From: a virus | Taxonomy: Duplodnaviria; Caudoviricetes | Length of the DNA: 62,515 nucleotides | IMG/VR virus record: IMGVR_UViG_3300028586_000413 | Span: 1 to 62,515 of that record | Strand: one strand, 5' to 3' | Shown here: piece by piece, positions 25,165 to 34,298 of the stretch | Layout of the letters: each line of letters starts with the position of its first letter | Position numbering within the stretch: the first letter of the stretch is position 1 | Position numbers and translations under genes: made by a program | Notes under the pieces: generated by a model | The model's database searches: none | What the model was told of the DNA's origin: nothing | The model's input: the letters and a program-made list of their open reading frames with translations, nothing else

Positions 25165-27780
25165 ATGTCTGGCAACATTTTAAGCGACTATAACGATTTC
25201 CTCCGCGCCAAGATCAAACTGGCGCCGCGCAAGGGCTTCGACGTCCCGCTCGAGCAGATCAACCCGGGTCTCAAGCCGCACACTCGCGACATCGTGCGCT
25301 GGGCGCTGCAAGGCGGCCAGCGTGCCATCTTCGCCTCGTTTGGCCTGCACAAGACCAGCACCAACCTCGAGGTGATGCGCCAGATCGGGATTCACCGGCC
25401 GTGCCTGCGCCTGATCGTGTTGCCGCTGGGCGTGCGCCAGGAGTTCACCCGCGAGGTGGCGAAGCGCTTCACCGGCGAGTGCGCGCTCGACCTGAAATTC
25501 ATCCGTTCGGACGACGAGATCGGCGGCGCCGACACGGTCTACATGACGAACTATGAGAGCGTGCGGGAGGGGAAGGTCGACCCGCGCAAGTTCGGCGCCG
25601 CGTCGCTGGACGAGGCGAGCATTCTGCGCAGCTTCGGCAGCAAGACCTATCAGGAGTTCCTGCCGCTGTTCGACCAGGTCGAGTTCAAGTTCGTGTTCAC
25701 CGCCACCCCGAGCCCGAACCGCTTCAAAGAGCTGATCCATTACGCGGGCTTCCTGGGCGTGATGGACACCGGCCAAGCGCTGACCCGCTTCTTCCAGCGC
25801 GACAGCGAGAAGGCAGGCAACCTGACCCTGTACCCGCATAAGGAAACCGAGTTCTGGCTGTGGGTGGCCAGCTGGGCGTGCTTCATCCGCCGGCCGAGCG
25901 ACCTGGGCCACTCGGACGAGGGCTACGACCTGCCGGCGCTCGAGGTGCATTACCACGAGGTGCCTAGCGACTACGAGGCGGCCGGCAACGAGCGCAATGG
26001 CCAGGGCCTGCTGATCCCGAACGTCGCCATGGGTCTGTCGGCTGCCGCCGGCGAGAAGCGGCAGAGCATGGGCGCGCGCGTCACCAAGGTCGCCGAGATC
26101 GTCGGGGCGGATCCTGCTGACCATTTCGTGATCTGGCACGACCTCGAGGATGAGCGCCACGCCATCCAGGCGGCATTGCCGGAGGCGGTGAGCGTGTGGG
26201 GCACGCAGGACCTGGACGAGCGCGAGCAGCGCATCGCCGACTTCAGCGACGGCAAGTTCCCGATCCTGTCGACCAAGCCGATCATCGCCGGCTCGGGCTG
26301 CAACTTCCAGGTGCACTGCCACCGCGCGATCTTCGCCGGCATTGGGTTCAAGTTCAACGACTTCATCCAGGCCATTCACCGGATCCAGCGCTTCCAGCAG
26401 AAGCACCCGGTGCGCATCGACATCATCCACACCGAGGTCGAGCGCGCGGTGCTGGCCGAGCTGCAGGAGAAGTGGCGCCGGCACGACGAGATGCAGGAAA
26501 AGATGGGCGAGATCATCCGCACCTATGGCCTGGACCAGCTGTCGATGCAGGACAGCCTGGCGCGCACGATCGGCGTCGAGCGGCACGTGGTCAAGGGCGA
26601 GCGCTTCACCGTAGCGAACAACGACTGCGTGCTGGAGGCGCTCGAGCAGCCGGACAACTCGGTCGGCATGATCCTGACCAGCATCCCATTCGCGAACCAC
26701 TACGAATACACACCCAGCTACAACGACTTCGGCCACACCCAGGACAACGACCACTTCTGGGCACAGATGGACTTCCTGACCCCGCAGCTGCACCGGATCC
26801 TGCAGCCGGGCCGCATCTACGCCTGCCACGTGAAGGACCGTATCAACTTCGGCAACGTGACCGGCGCCGGCGTGCCGACCGTCAGCCCATTCCACGCCGA
26901 GGCGCTGTTCCACGGCATAAAGCACGGCTTCGACTACCTCGGGATGATCACTGTGGTCACCGACGTGGTGCGCGAGAACAACCAGACCTACCGCCTGGGC
27001 TACAGCGAGGTATGCAAGGACGGCACGAAGATGGGCGTCGGCTCGCCTGAATACATCCTGCTGTTCCACAAGCCGCAGACCGACCGCAGCCGCGGCTATG
27101 CCGACGTGCCGGTGACGAAGACGAAGCCGCTGTGCCAGGCCGACGATGGCGCTTCCGTGGACTTCGACCGCAAGCTGCCGGCGCTGCCCGGTACCGGCTA
27201 CAGCGTGGCGCGCTGGCAGGTCGATGCCCATGCGTTCTGGCGCTCGAGCGGCGACCGCCTGCTGGGCGCCGAAGAGATCGCCGCCTACGGCCCAGCCAAG
27301 CTGGCCAAGATGTTCACCGACGTGTCGCTGGCCAACGTCTACAACTACGAGCTGCACGTCGCGGTCGGCGAGAAGATGCTGGCCAGCATGGCGCTGCCGG
27401 CCGACTACCTCAGCCTGGCGCCGGGCAGTCTCGATCCGATGGTCTGGCACGACATCGTCCGGATGCGCACCCTGAACGGCGAGCAGTCGGTGCGCGCTGT
27501 CGAGAAGCACGTTTGCCCGTTCCAGATCGATATCGTTGACCGGCTCATTAACCGCTACAGCAACCCGGGCGACGTGGTGTACGACCCATTCTGCGGCCTG
27601 GGCACGGTACCGGTGCGCGCCATGAAGCTCGGTCGCCGCGGCGCCGGCTCGGAACTGAACCCGGCGTACTTCGCCGACCAGGTGCACTACTGCCGTGCGA
27701 TGGAGCGCGAGGTCAGCATGCCGACCTTATTCGATTTCGAAGCGGCTGACGCGGCGCAGCCGGAGCGGGAGGCCGCATGA
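25165..27780 (+). CDS. SF2 helicase-like / N4-N6 DNA methyltransferase fusion
   Basis: GLHKT, LDEAS, TATP, QAIHR..R helicase motifs; TSIPF and DPFCGLG methyltransferase motifs. Confidence 0.88.
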   Translation: MSGNILSDYNDFLRAKIKLAPRKGFDVPLEQINPGLKPHTRDIVRWALQGGQRAIFASFGLHKTSTNLEVMRQIGIHRPCLRLIVLPLGVRQEFTREVAKRFTGECALDLKFIRSDDEIGGADTVYMTNYESVREGKVDPRKFGAASLDEASILRSFGSKTYQEFLPLFDQVEFKFVFTATPSPNRFKELIHYAGFLGVMDTGQALTRFFQRDSEKAGNLTLYPHKETEFWLWVASWACFIRRPSDLGHSDEGYDLPALEVHYHEVPSDYEAAGNERNGQGLLIPNVAMGLSAAAGEKRQSMGARVTKVAEIVGADPADHFVIWHDLEDERHAIQAALPEAVSVWGTQDLDEREQRIADFSDGKFPILSTKPIIAGSGCNFQVHCHRAIFAGIGFKFNDFIQAIHRIQRFQQKHPVRIDIIHTEVERAVLAELQEKWRRHDEMQEKMGEIIRTYGLDQLSMQDSLARTIGVERHVVKGERFTVANNDCVLEALEQPDNSVGMILTSIPFANHYEYTPSYNDFGHTQDNDHFWAQMDFLTPQLHRILQPGRIYACHVKDRINFGNVTGAGVPTVSPFHAEALFHGIKHGFDYLGMITVVTDVVRENNQTYRLGYSEVCKDGTKMGVGSPEYILLFHKPQTDRSRGYADVPVTKTKPLCQADDGASVDFDRKLPALPGTGYSVARWQVDAHAFWRSSGDRLLGAEEIAAYGPAKLAKMFTDVSLANVYNYELHVAVGEKMLASMALPADYLSLAPGSLDPMVWHDIVRMRTLNGEQSVRAVEKHVCPFQIDIVDRLINRYSNPGDVVYDPFCGLGTVPVRAMKLGRRGAGSELNPAYFADQVHYCRAMEREVSMPTLFDFEAADAAQPEREAA

Positions 27781-28265
27781 AAAAGCCGCGAACGAAGAGG
27801 TACCGCCCCAAGTACGTGGCGCAGAACGTCCTGACCACCGTCTTCGGCGGGATGAGCGGCGACCACATCGAGCACCTGCGCTTAATTCAGATCCGCAGCC
27901 ACAAGGCCCTGGTCGACATGGCCCGAGGCGCCGGCACGCGGGAAGGCTGGGATCTGCTGGTCGGGGCGATCAATATGGCCAACGTCATGTGCGAGCAGGG
28001 TATTGGGGACGAATTCCGCCAAGTGACCATCGCCGCGCGCGACTCGCTGCTGGAGGTGGGCAAGCGGATCGTCAAGATCGACCGCGTGATCATGAAGGGC
28101 GACGAGCTCACTGCCATCCGCGAGGCACTGGAATGCCACGACGCCCAGCTCGAGAACGTCCGCGCCATTGACGTCGAGCGCGCCTGCCGGGAAGTCGACC
28201 GCCGCGTGCGCCACCACATCAATTCGACCAGCGTCGTGCGTGAGCTGGCCAAGGAAGCCGCCTGA
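27777..28265 (+). CDS. Hypothetical phage protein
   Basis: ATGA-coupled ORF. Confidence 0.7.
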   Translation: MKKPRTKRYRPKYVAQNVLTTVFGGMSGDHIEHLRLIQIRSHKALVDMARGAGTREGWDLLVGAINMANVMCEQGIGDEFRQVTIAARDSLLEVGKRIVKIDRVIMKGDELTAIREALECHDAQLENVRAIDVERACREVDRRVRHHINSTSVVRELAKEAA

Positions 28266-28294
28266 CACGGCGCCATTGCAAGAAAGGAAACGAC

Positions 28295-28999
28295 ATGGGA
28301 AGCATGCTGAATTTGCAAACCGCTGGCTCTGCTGATGTGACGATGTCGAGCCGTGAGGTTGCGGAGCTGACCGGCCGGCGCCACGACCAGGTGCTGCGCA
28401 CTGCCCGGGAGCTCGTTGCGCAGGGGGTTACACAATCCGTGGAGACCCGCTATCGACACGAGCAGAACGGCGTCGAGTATCCGGAGCACCGCCTGAACAA
28501 GCGCGACTCGCTCGTTTTGACCGCGCGCCTGTCACCTGAGTTCACTGGCCGTATTGTCGACCGCTGGATGGAACTGGAGGCCGTTCCTCTGACGGCGCTA
28601 GACCTGTCCGACCCACATGCGCTGCGTGGTTTGTTGTTGCAGTATTCCGAGAAGGTAATAGAGCTGGACGCGAAGATCACAGCCGATGCCCCGAAAGTGG
28701 CTTTTGCGGAGGCGGTGCGCGCGATCGACGGCGCCTGCCACATTGGGAAGATCGCCAAAACGTTCGGATTCGGACAAAACAAATTCTTCAAGCGCATGCG
28801 CGCCGATGGCATCCTGCTGGCGAATAATCTGCCTTATCAGAAGTACATCGATCGCGGATACTTCACGGTGAAAGAGCAACAGCCCTACGCCGACAGCAAA
28901 GGCGTGACGCATGCGACCTTCACCACTATGGTGACCGGTGCTGGACAAGTCTTCCTGGCGAAGCGGTACGCGAACATCGGGGAGGGCGGCCATGCGTGA
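28295..28999 (+). CDS. Phage antirepressor (Rha N-terminal plus KilAC/ANT domain)
   Basis: MSSREVAELTG.RH, IVDRW.ELE, APKVAF, PYQ.YID.GYF, VTG.GQ motifs. Confidence 0.9.
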   Translation: MGSMLNLQTAGSADVTMSSREVAELTGRRHDQVLRTARELVAQGVTQSVETRYRHEQNGVEYPEHRLNKRDSLVLTARLSPEFTGRIVDRWMELEAVPLTALDLSDPHALRGLLLQYSEKVIELDAKITADAPKVAFAEAVRAIDGACHIGKIAKTFGFGQNKFFKRMRADGILLANNLPYQKYIDRGYFTVKEQQPYADSKGVTHATFTTMVTGAGQVFLAKRYANIGEGGHA

Positions 29000-29675
29000 C
29001 TACTCCCCGCTCCGCGGTCTGGCCGCTGGCGCGCCGACTGTGCACCTGAAGTCATTGACGGTGGTTGAGCTGCTGGACGAGCTCGACCGCCTGCGCGCCG
29101 CCGGCGCCAAGCCTGCCAAGGCGAAGCGCAATGACTACCCGTCCGACTTCGAAGCCGTGTGGGAGGTCTACCCGGCTCGCCCGGGTGATAGCAAGAAGGC
29201 CGCGCACAAGGCCTGGTCCGCGCGGCTTGTCTCCGGCGCCACGGTCGCGCAGCTGCTGGCCGGCGCGCAGGCATACGCCGCCTACGTGAAGGCGCTGAAG
29301 ATCGAGCCGGTATTCGTCAAGCAGTCGGCCACATTCTTCGGGCCCAGCGAGTTCTATCTAGCCAACTGGACGCCACCTGAAGTGCAGAAGAAGCCGGCCG
29401 GGGGCAACTGGTGGTCGACCGACGCCACGATCCTGGCCAAGGGCGCCGAGCTGGGCCTATCGCCGCGGTCGGGCGAATACATGGGGCAGTTCAAGGCCAG
29501 GATCGAGCTGGCGATGGATCCGGGGCTGACGCCGCCGGCCGCCACTACGCCAATTCGCCCGATCGGTGCGCCGCCAGCCCAACCACAGGCCGAGCAGCGC
29601 ACGCGCAAGCCTGACGGGATTGGCGCCCTGAAGGACTTAGTGCGCCGTGATCCGCCGCCGGCGAGGGCGGCGTGA
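28992..29675 (+). CDS. Short replication-initiator-like protein
   Basis: FEAVWEVYP.R.G..KK.A.KAW...TFFGP C-terminal initiator-like motif; no obvious N-terminal HTH. Confidence 0.6.
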   Translation: MRDYSPLRGLAAGAPTVHLKSLTVVELLDELDRLRAAGAKPAKAKRNDYPSDFEAVWEVYPARPGDSKKAAHKAWSARLVSGATVAQLLAGAQAYAAYVKALKIEPVFVKQSATFFGPSEFYLANWTPPEVQKKPAGGNWWSTDATILAKGAELGLSPRSGEYMGQFKARIELAMDPGLTPPAATTPIRPIGAPPAQPQAEQRTRKPDGIGALKDLVRRDPPPARAA

Positions 29676-29932
29676 TGGGCGAGGGCCCGGAACTGTGCGC
29701 CCGCTGCGAGAGGCTGGACGTCAAGTCCGACCTCGATCAGCTCAAGCAGGGACGCGGGCGCTGCCTGGGGCATGAGGGCGGCAGTCCGTCGCGGCCGGCG
29801 TTCGCCTCTTGGAGCGATCGCGCATGCGTGCTGTTCAATCCGGCCCGGCCAATGGCGCCTCGCGATCGCTGGATCGAGAAATGGCGCTCGAAATCCATAA
29901 AAGGGAGCGGGGCTGCCGATGAAACTAGCTGA
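29672..29932 (+). CDS. Hypothetical Cys-containing protein
   Basis: Coupled ORF, CxxC. Confidence 0.5.
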   Translation: MMGEGPELCARCERLDVKSDLDQLKQGRGRCLGHEGGSPSRPAFASWSDRACVLFNPARPMAPRDRWIEKWRSKSIKGSGAADETS

Positions 29933-30488
29933 ATGTCATCCAAGCAGGAAAGCCCATGCTCGAGGACTGTGTGGCGCTTGTTATCAGAAGTGGCGCCACG
30001 AGAACAAGCCGGACGCTCACGAGAAATATAAGGCTTACCAGCGGGAGCTATCGAAAACCGAAAAGCATAAGGAGCGGCTTCGAGCCCATAGGCGGTCTAA
30101 GGACCCGAAATACGTCCGATCGCGTCGATGTCAAAACTTGAGGAAGAAATATGGAATCACGGCTGATCAGTATGACGAGATGCTAGCCGCGCAGGGTGGC
30201 GGGTGCGCTATATGCACGCGTAAGCCAGGGAAGGGCCCGCTCCATGTGGATCACTGTCATGACACTGGTGCCGTACGCGGGATTCTTTGCCATCAGTGCA
30301 ATTGGTACTTGGGGACGATAGAAGCGAGTGAGCAGGTTCGCGATAATTTTCTGAACTATTTGAAGGAAGCGGATGGAATCAAACAACGAAAAGCTGAGCA
30401 ATCCAAAGGATGCCTGCGGAATTCGCAAGGCCCCGATGTCGGTTGTGCCGATGAGTGTGGTGGCGGAGCTGGGGGTGGCAATGCTTGA
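29919..30488 (+). CDS. Endonuclease VII-family (HNH) nuclease
   Basis: YGIT..QY..M...Q.G.CAIC...VDHCHDTG.VRG.LC..CN motif. Confidence 0.88.
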   Translation: MKLAECHPSRKAHARGLCGACYQKWRHENKPDAHEKYKAYQRELSKTEKHKERLRAHRRSKDPKYVRSRRCQNLRKKYGITADQYDEMLAAQGGGCAICTRKPGKGPLHVDHCHDTGAVRGILCHQCNWYLGTIEASEQVRDNFLNYLKEADGIKQRKAEQSKGCLRNSQGPDVGCADECGGGAGGGNA

Positions 30489-30816
30489 GGGGGCGTGCAA
30501 ATACGGTCGTTCGAATTATCGGGCGATCGGGGTTCGCGGTTCGGTCTATTTTGATGCAGGGATGCGGCATCTGATCAGCTGGTGGGAGGGAGAGGACATC
30601 GACCCAGATTCTGGCTTGTCGCATGTGACGAAGGCAATCGCTTCTCTCGTGGTACTGCGCGACGCCATGATGCAGGGGAAGTTCACCGACGACCGGCCGC
30701 CCCGCGCGCTGCCCTTCTACCCGGCCCTGAACGCCGGCGCCGCCGACATCATCGACCGGTATGCCGACCGCAGCCCGATCCACTACACCATCACGCACGA
30801 AGGGATGCCGAAATGA
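30373..30816 (+). CDS. dATP/dGTP diphosphohydrolase domain protein (DUF5664-like)
   Basis: GA.KYG..N, RHL..W..GEDIDPDSGL.H motifs. Confidence 0.85.
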   Translation: MESNNEKLSNPKDACGIRKAPMSVVPMSVVAELGVAMLEGACKYGRSNYRAIGVRGSVYFDAGMRHLISWWEGEDIDPDSGLSHVTKAIASLVVLRDAMMQGKFTDDRPPRALPFYPALNAGAADIIDRYADRSPIHYTITHEGMPK

Positions 30817-31067
30817 CCCAGACCCGACTCGGCTCGCTCATCGAGGCCATCATCAACGTGCTGATCGGCTTCGGCATCAATTTTTCGGCCAACATGCTGG
30901 TCTTCCCGCTGTTCGGCTTCCACATCACGCCGGGCGCGAACCTGGCGCTTGGTCTAATCTACACCGTGATCAGCGTGGTGCGCTCGTACGCGGTGCGGCG
31001 CTGGTTCAACGCCAGGCTGCAGCGGCTTGCCAGCGCGGTGGCGACGTCAATCGAGGCGCGCCAATGA
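30813..31067 (+). CDS. Small phage membrane protein
   Basis: SLIEA..NV.IG...FP.FG...RSY.VRR.FN; two hydrophobic segments. Confidence 0.75.
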   Translation: MTQTRLGSLIEAIINVLIGFGINFSANMLVFPLFGFHITPGANLALGLIYTVISVVRSYAVRRWFNARLQRLASAVATSIEARQ

Positions 31068-31414
31068 GCAACCAGCGCGCGCTCCAGGCGCTGGGCCGGC
31101 TCAAGACCGGCACCATGAACAAGACCGAGGCCGCCTACGCCGCGACTCTCGACGCCCGGCGTCACGCTGGCGAGGTGGCCTGGTTCAAGTTCGAGGGGAT
31201 CAAGCTGCGGCTTGCGGACAACACCTTCTACACGCCCGACTTCGCCGTTATGCTGGCCGACGGCGCGCTGGAGATGCATGAAGTGAAGGGTTTCTGGACC
31301 GATGATGGAAGGGCGAAGATCAAGATCGCCGCCGACCTGTACCCGCTGAACTTCATTGCGGTAAGGGTGAGGCCCAAGAAAGAGGGCGGCGGTTGGTCGA
31401 TCGAGGAATTCTAG
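31064..31414 (+). CDS. DUF1064-like PD-(D/E)xK nuclease
   Basis: MNKTE..Y, YTPDF, HEVKG motifs. Confidence 0.8.
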   Translation: MSNQRALQALGRLKTGTMNKTEAAYAATLDARRHAGEVAWFKFEGIKLRLADNTFYTPDFAVMLADGALEMHEVKGFWTDDGRAKIKIAADLYPLNFIAVRVRPKKEGGGWSIEEF

Positions 31415-31427
31415 GGGAAACGCTCGT

Positions 31428-32165
31428 TCATGCTCTTGAAAGGAGCCGGGTCTTCTCCTGCTGAAATTCCGTATCCGTTAAGACCCCGGCATCTTTTAGC
31501 TCGACGAGCTTTTTGATTTCGTCGGCCACGGAAGCAAGCGAAGAGGGCATGACCGCCGAATCCTTCTGGAGTGACAAGCTGTTATATGTGTCGGCTCTCT
31601 TAATAAGCACGTCCAGCACGCCATGCCAATGACGAGCCTTCTCTATTGCCTGTTTGTAGAGGATATTTGTCTTTTCAACTTCAAAATTCAGGAAGGCAAC
31701 ATCGTGCAGCGGCTTGTACACGTCGTTCACAGTGATGCGAAGAGTAACTGAGGTTATCTTGTTCGATGTCTGGGTCTTTCCAGATAGCCCGCCAATTATC
31801 GCGCCGACCCCACCGAGAGCGATTCCGCCGATCAGCGCTCCCCCGAGCTGTGATCCGCGTGCTGTTTTCGTGACTGAATTCCCATCCTCGAACAGCTCGA
31901 CCGAGAGAATCTCACTAGCTGGCAGCACACGTTTAGCGACTGCAGCGCCCTCATGTAGAACTAAGCAAATTGCTCCCCGGGCGTCGTCAAAGGCAATCCC
32001 TGATTTCCCGTCACAGCTGAATGCCATCTGCGTCGCCGTAAAGTTTTCGGAGCTTTGTACTTCATCGGTCAAAGCCTTTGTCTTTTCAGAGACCATGGCT
32101 GTACAGATGGCGATAAAAGCCGCTGCCACGGCGAAGAGGATGATAACGATGACCCAGAAATCCAT
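31428..32165 (-). CDS. Membrane-anchored SHOCT-domain protein (moron)
   Basis: N-terminal TM, glycine zipper, ADEIKKL.ELKDAGVLT..EF..EK..LL; low GC. Confidence 0.85.
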   Translation of the reverse strand: MDFWVIVIILFAVAAAFIAICTAMVSEKTKALTDEVQSSENFTATQMAFSCDGKSGIAFDDARGAICLVLHEGAAVAKRVLPASEILSVELFEDGNSVTKTARGSQLGGALIGGIALGGVGAIIGGLSGKTQTSNKITSVTLRITVNDVYKPLHDVAFLNFEVEKTNILYKQAIEKARHWHGVLDVLIKRADTYNSLSLQKDSAVMPSSLASVADEIKKLVELKDAGVLTDTEFQQEKTRLLSRA

Positions 32166-32366
32166 GAAGTGTTCTAATTGTGAGTGAAAACAGTATTGCA
32201 TATTGCCACTACGATATTTTATTTGCAATGACTCAAATGGACCCGGATACCATAGCGGTGCGGCCATACAACATCACGAATTCCTGATTGCAATTTGGAA
32301 AATCTCGGACACAACTCGTCGGATCGTGCCAGCTGGTAATCTCTTGAAAATTCCACGGAGAAACCC

Positions 32367-32909
32367 ATGTTCGCCGAACGCTACCTCAACGCACTGAGCA
32401 CTTCCAACCTGCAGGACGACGACCAGCACCACCAGACGGAGCCGCTGGTCGCCGCGGCGCTGGCCGACCTGTCGGGCGGCTCGGGCGAGCTTTTCGGGTC
32501 GATGCTGTTGCGCGCGCACATCGCCGGCGTGCCGCGACAGCCTGTCGAGAGTACGGCGCGCGAGCTGGCCGTGCTGCTGCGAGTGTGGACCAGCGCGGTG
32601 GCGCACAAGGGGTTCGACAGAAAGTGGATGAACATCAAGGCCGAATGGGACATCAAGGCGGCCTATGCCATGTATGCCAAGATCGCCCGCGTCAGCCTTG
32701 CGCACTGGCTGGGCGGTGAATGCTCGTGCTGCAACGGCACGAAGATCGTCGAGAGCCGGGCGTGCACGCATTGCAACGGCACCGGCCGCGAGCCCATCCT
32801 GGGCGGCGCGCTCGAGCGCGAGAAGGTGCTCGACATGATCAGCGAGTTGGAGGGGTTGTTCCAGGCGCACAGCGCGCGGGCGGCGGCAAAGATGCGGAGG
32901 GCGGCATGA
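32367..32909 (+). CDS. Q-like late antiterminator
   Basis: C..CNGT...C..CNGTG zinc finger; last early gene before a promoter-terminator unit. Confidence 0.7.
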   Translation: MFAERYLNALSTSNLQDDDQHHQTEPLVAAALADLSGGSGELFGSMLLRAHIAGVPRQPVESTARELAVLLRVWTSAVAHKGFDRKWMNIKAEWDIKAAYAMYAKIARVSLAHWLGGECSCCNGTKIVESRACTHCNGTGREPILGGALEREKVLDMISELEGLFQAHSARAAAKMRRAA

Positions 32910-33109
32910 GCGCGGTCGAGGCAATGCTCCAAGCAAAGCGAGAGATGGAACACTCGATCCTGATGGCTACCGCGAAGGCTGTCGTTGAATTCAAGTCTGC
33001 AACGGGCGCAACGCCCGTCAGCATCGATATTCGGATGATCACCTGCCGCAGTCTTAGCGCGCCCGATGAGCATGTGGTGGACACTGTTGTCGCCCGCGTG
33101 GAGTTGTAG
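32906..33109 (+). CDS. Small hypothetical protein
   Basis: ATGA-coupled ORF. Confidence 0.55.
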   Translation: MSAVEAMLQAKREMEHSILMATAKAVVEFKSATGATPVSIDIRMITCRSLSAPDEHVVDTVVARVEL

Positions 33110-33119
33110 CTCAACAGTA

Positions 33120-33148
33120 TTGCAAAGCGCGGAAACCCGGCGTAAACT
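33120..33148 (+). promoter_or_regulatory. Putative late promoter (pR'-like)
   Basis: TTGCAA-N17-TAAACT downstream of the Q-like gene. Confidence 0.6.
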
Positions 33149-33252
33149 ACAGCCTTCACATATCCCTCGATCCACGTAATGCGCGCTTCGGCGCCAACGT
33201 CACCCGAGGCAGTCGAGCAGTCCAGCCAGCAGTAAAGCCGGCGCTCGCCTTG

Positions 33253-33292
33253 AAAAAAGGGGCTCACCTTCTCGGTGGGCCTTTTTCGTTTC
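33253..33292. terminator. Intrinsic terminator (tR'-like, possibly bidirectional)
   Basis: A run, gggctcacc-ttctc-ggtgggcc hairpin, T run. Confidence 0.8.
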
Positions 33293-33374
33293 CGGCCCAC
33301 TTGTCAGATAGACCTGGGGCCGATCGGCCAGCCTCATATGAGGATGGCAACCAGCACCGCAAAAGCCTATTCGA

Positions 33375-34010
33375 TCAACGACGCATCTTCCGACGCCGGG
33401 CTGCACCGAGCAAGCCAAGCGCCCCAATCCCCATCAGAGCCAAGCTAGCTGGCTCAGGGACTTGAGTGGGGTCGTAATAGGGGATATCGTGCTGGGGATA
33501 GTAAGGGTCAGTCTCCAGCCATCCAACGATATTTTCGTTCAGTTCCACTTGCTTTGCAGTCCCAGAGTAAGTGATATCCGAATACGGTCCAAGTTCTGGA
33601 TAGACAGACTGGGGACCAGGACGGGCGATTACACGGAGAGTAAAGGCAAACTCCCCTGGCGCGGCTCCATGGCTGAAAAGTAGCCACATCTGCTTAGTGT
33701 ATTCTTCTGGTTGCATATCCCACATGTACATATTGGTAGGACCAAGACCGATAAAGCTGGTAGTCGTTTCGATCAGCCTGTTCTGGTGATATCCATCGAA
33801 CCTATCTTGACGGCGAAACCAGTCGCGATTTGTGCTGATCGAGTAATAGGCGACCGATTTGTCCTCCTCACGAATGATGATAGTGCTGCTCGCATCTTCA
33901 GGGACCCCAGGGCCAGACTCCAAGCCATACAGTGCATACTGCACATAGCCGGCCGAAGCGCTGAGCGACAGTAGAGAGCCCGCGATGAGGGTAAGGACCT
34001 TTTTGAACAT
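33375..34010 (-). CDS. PEP-CTERM sorting-signal protein (moron)
   Basis: Signal peptide ending ASA; C-terminal VPEPASLAL, TM segment, RRRK. Confidence 0.93.
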   Translation of the reverse strand: MFKKVLTLIAGSLLSLSASAGYVQYALYGLESGPGVPEDASSTIIIREEDKSVAYYSISTNRDWFRRQDRFDGYHQNRLIETTTSFIGLGPTNMYMWDMQPEEYTKQMWLLFSHGAAPGEFAFTLRVIARPGPQSVYPELGPYSDITYSGTAKQVELNENIVGWLETDPYYPQHDIPYYDPTQVPEPASLALMGIGALGLLGAARRRKMRR

Positions 34011-34052
34011 GATTTCCGCCTGTGAGTTTAGTTGTAAGAGCATTGTCCGTTA

Positions 34053-34147
34053 AGCAAAGAACGTGCCAGTTCTGGAATCGGTTGCAAATCAATAAGTTGT
34101 AGTGGTCGGCGCTGGCTGCGGCTCCTTGTCTGTAAAGAATATCGACG
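34053..34147 (-). promoter_or_regulatory. Sigma54 promoter, IHF site and PrsR-type enhancer for the PEP-CTERM gene
   Basis: TGGCACGTTCTTTGCT (minus, 34053-34068); aatcaataagttg (34087-34099); tgtaaagaatatcgacg (34131-34147). Confidence 0.8.
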
Positions 34148-34298
34148 TAACTTTGCCGTTACCGCCTAGAGAAGGTTTAAGACCCGCACTGTTTGGTGCG
34201 TGAACAATCCAGATTCTCCTCGATCAGCTGTGACGCTGGTCGTTCGCCGCCCCTCGCAGCAATGCGCCGGGCGGCTTTTCTTTATCGTAGGTGTCCCC

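Noticed and set aside
25180-27687. Long antisense ORFs (835 aa here; also 40137-41579, 54135-55484, 2355-3281)
   Set aside because: Shadow frames of strongly GC-biased real genes, with no recognisable motifs
30373-30816. DUF5664 plus HD protein as a 2-aminoadenine (Z-genome) pathway
   Set aside because: No PurZ-like gene or phage DNA polymerase is seen, and the HD protein has SpoT-type motifs
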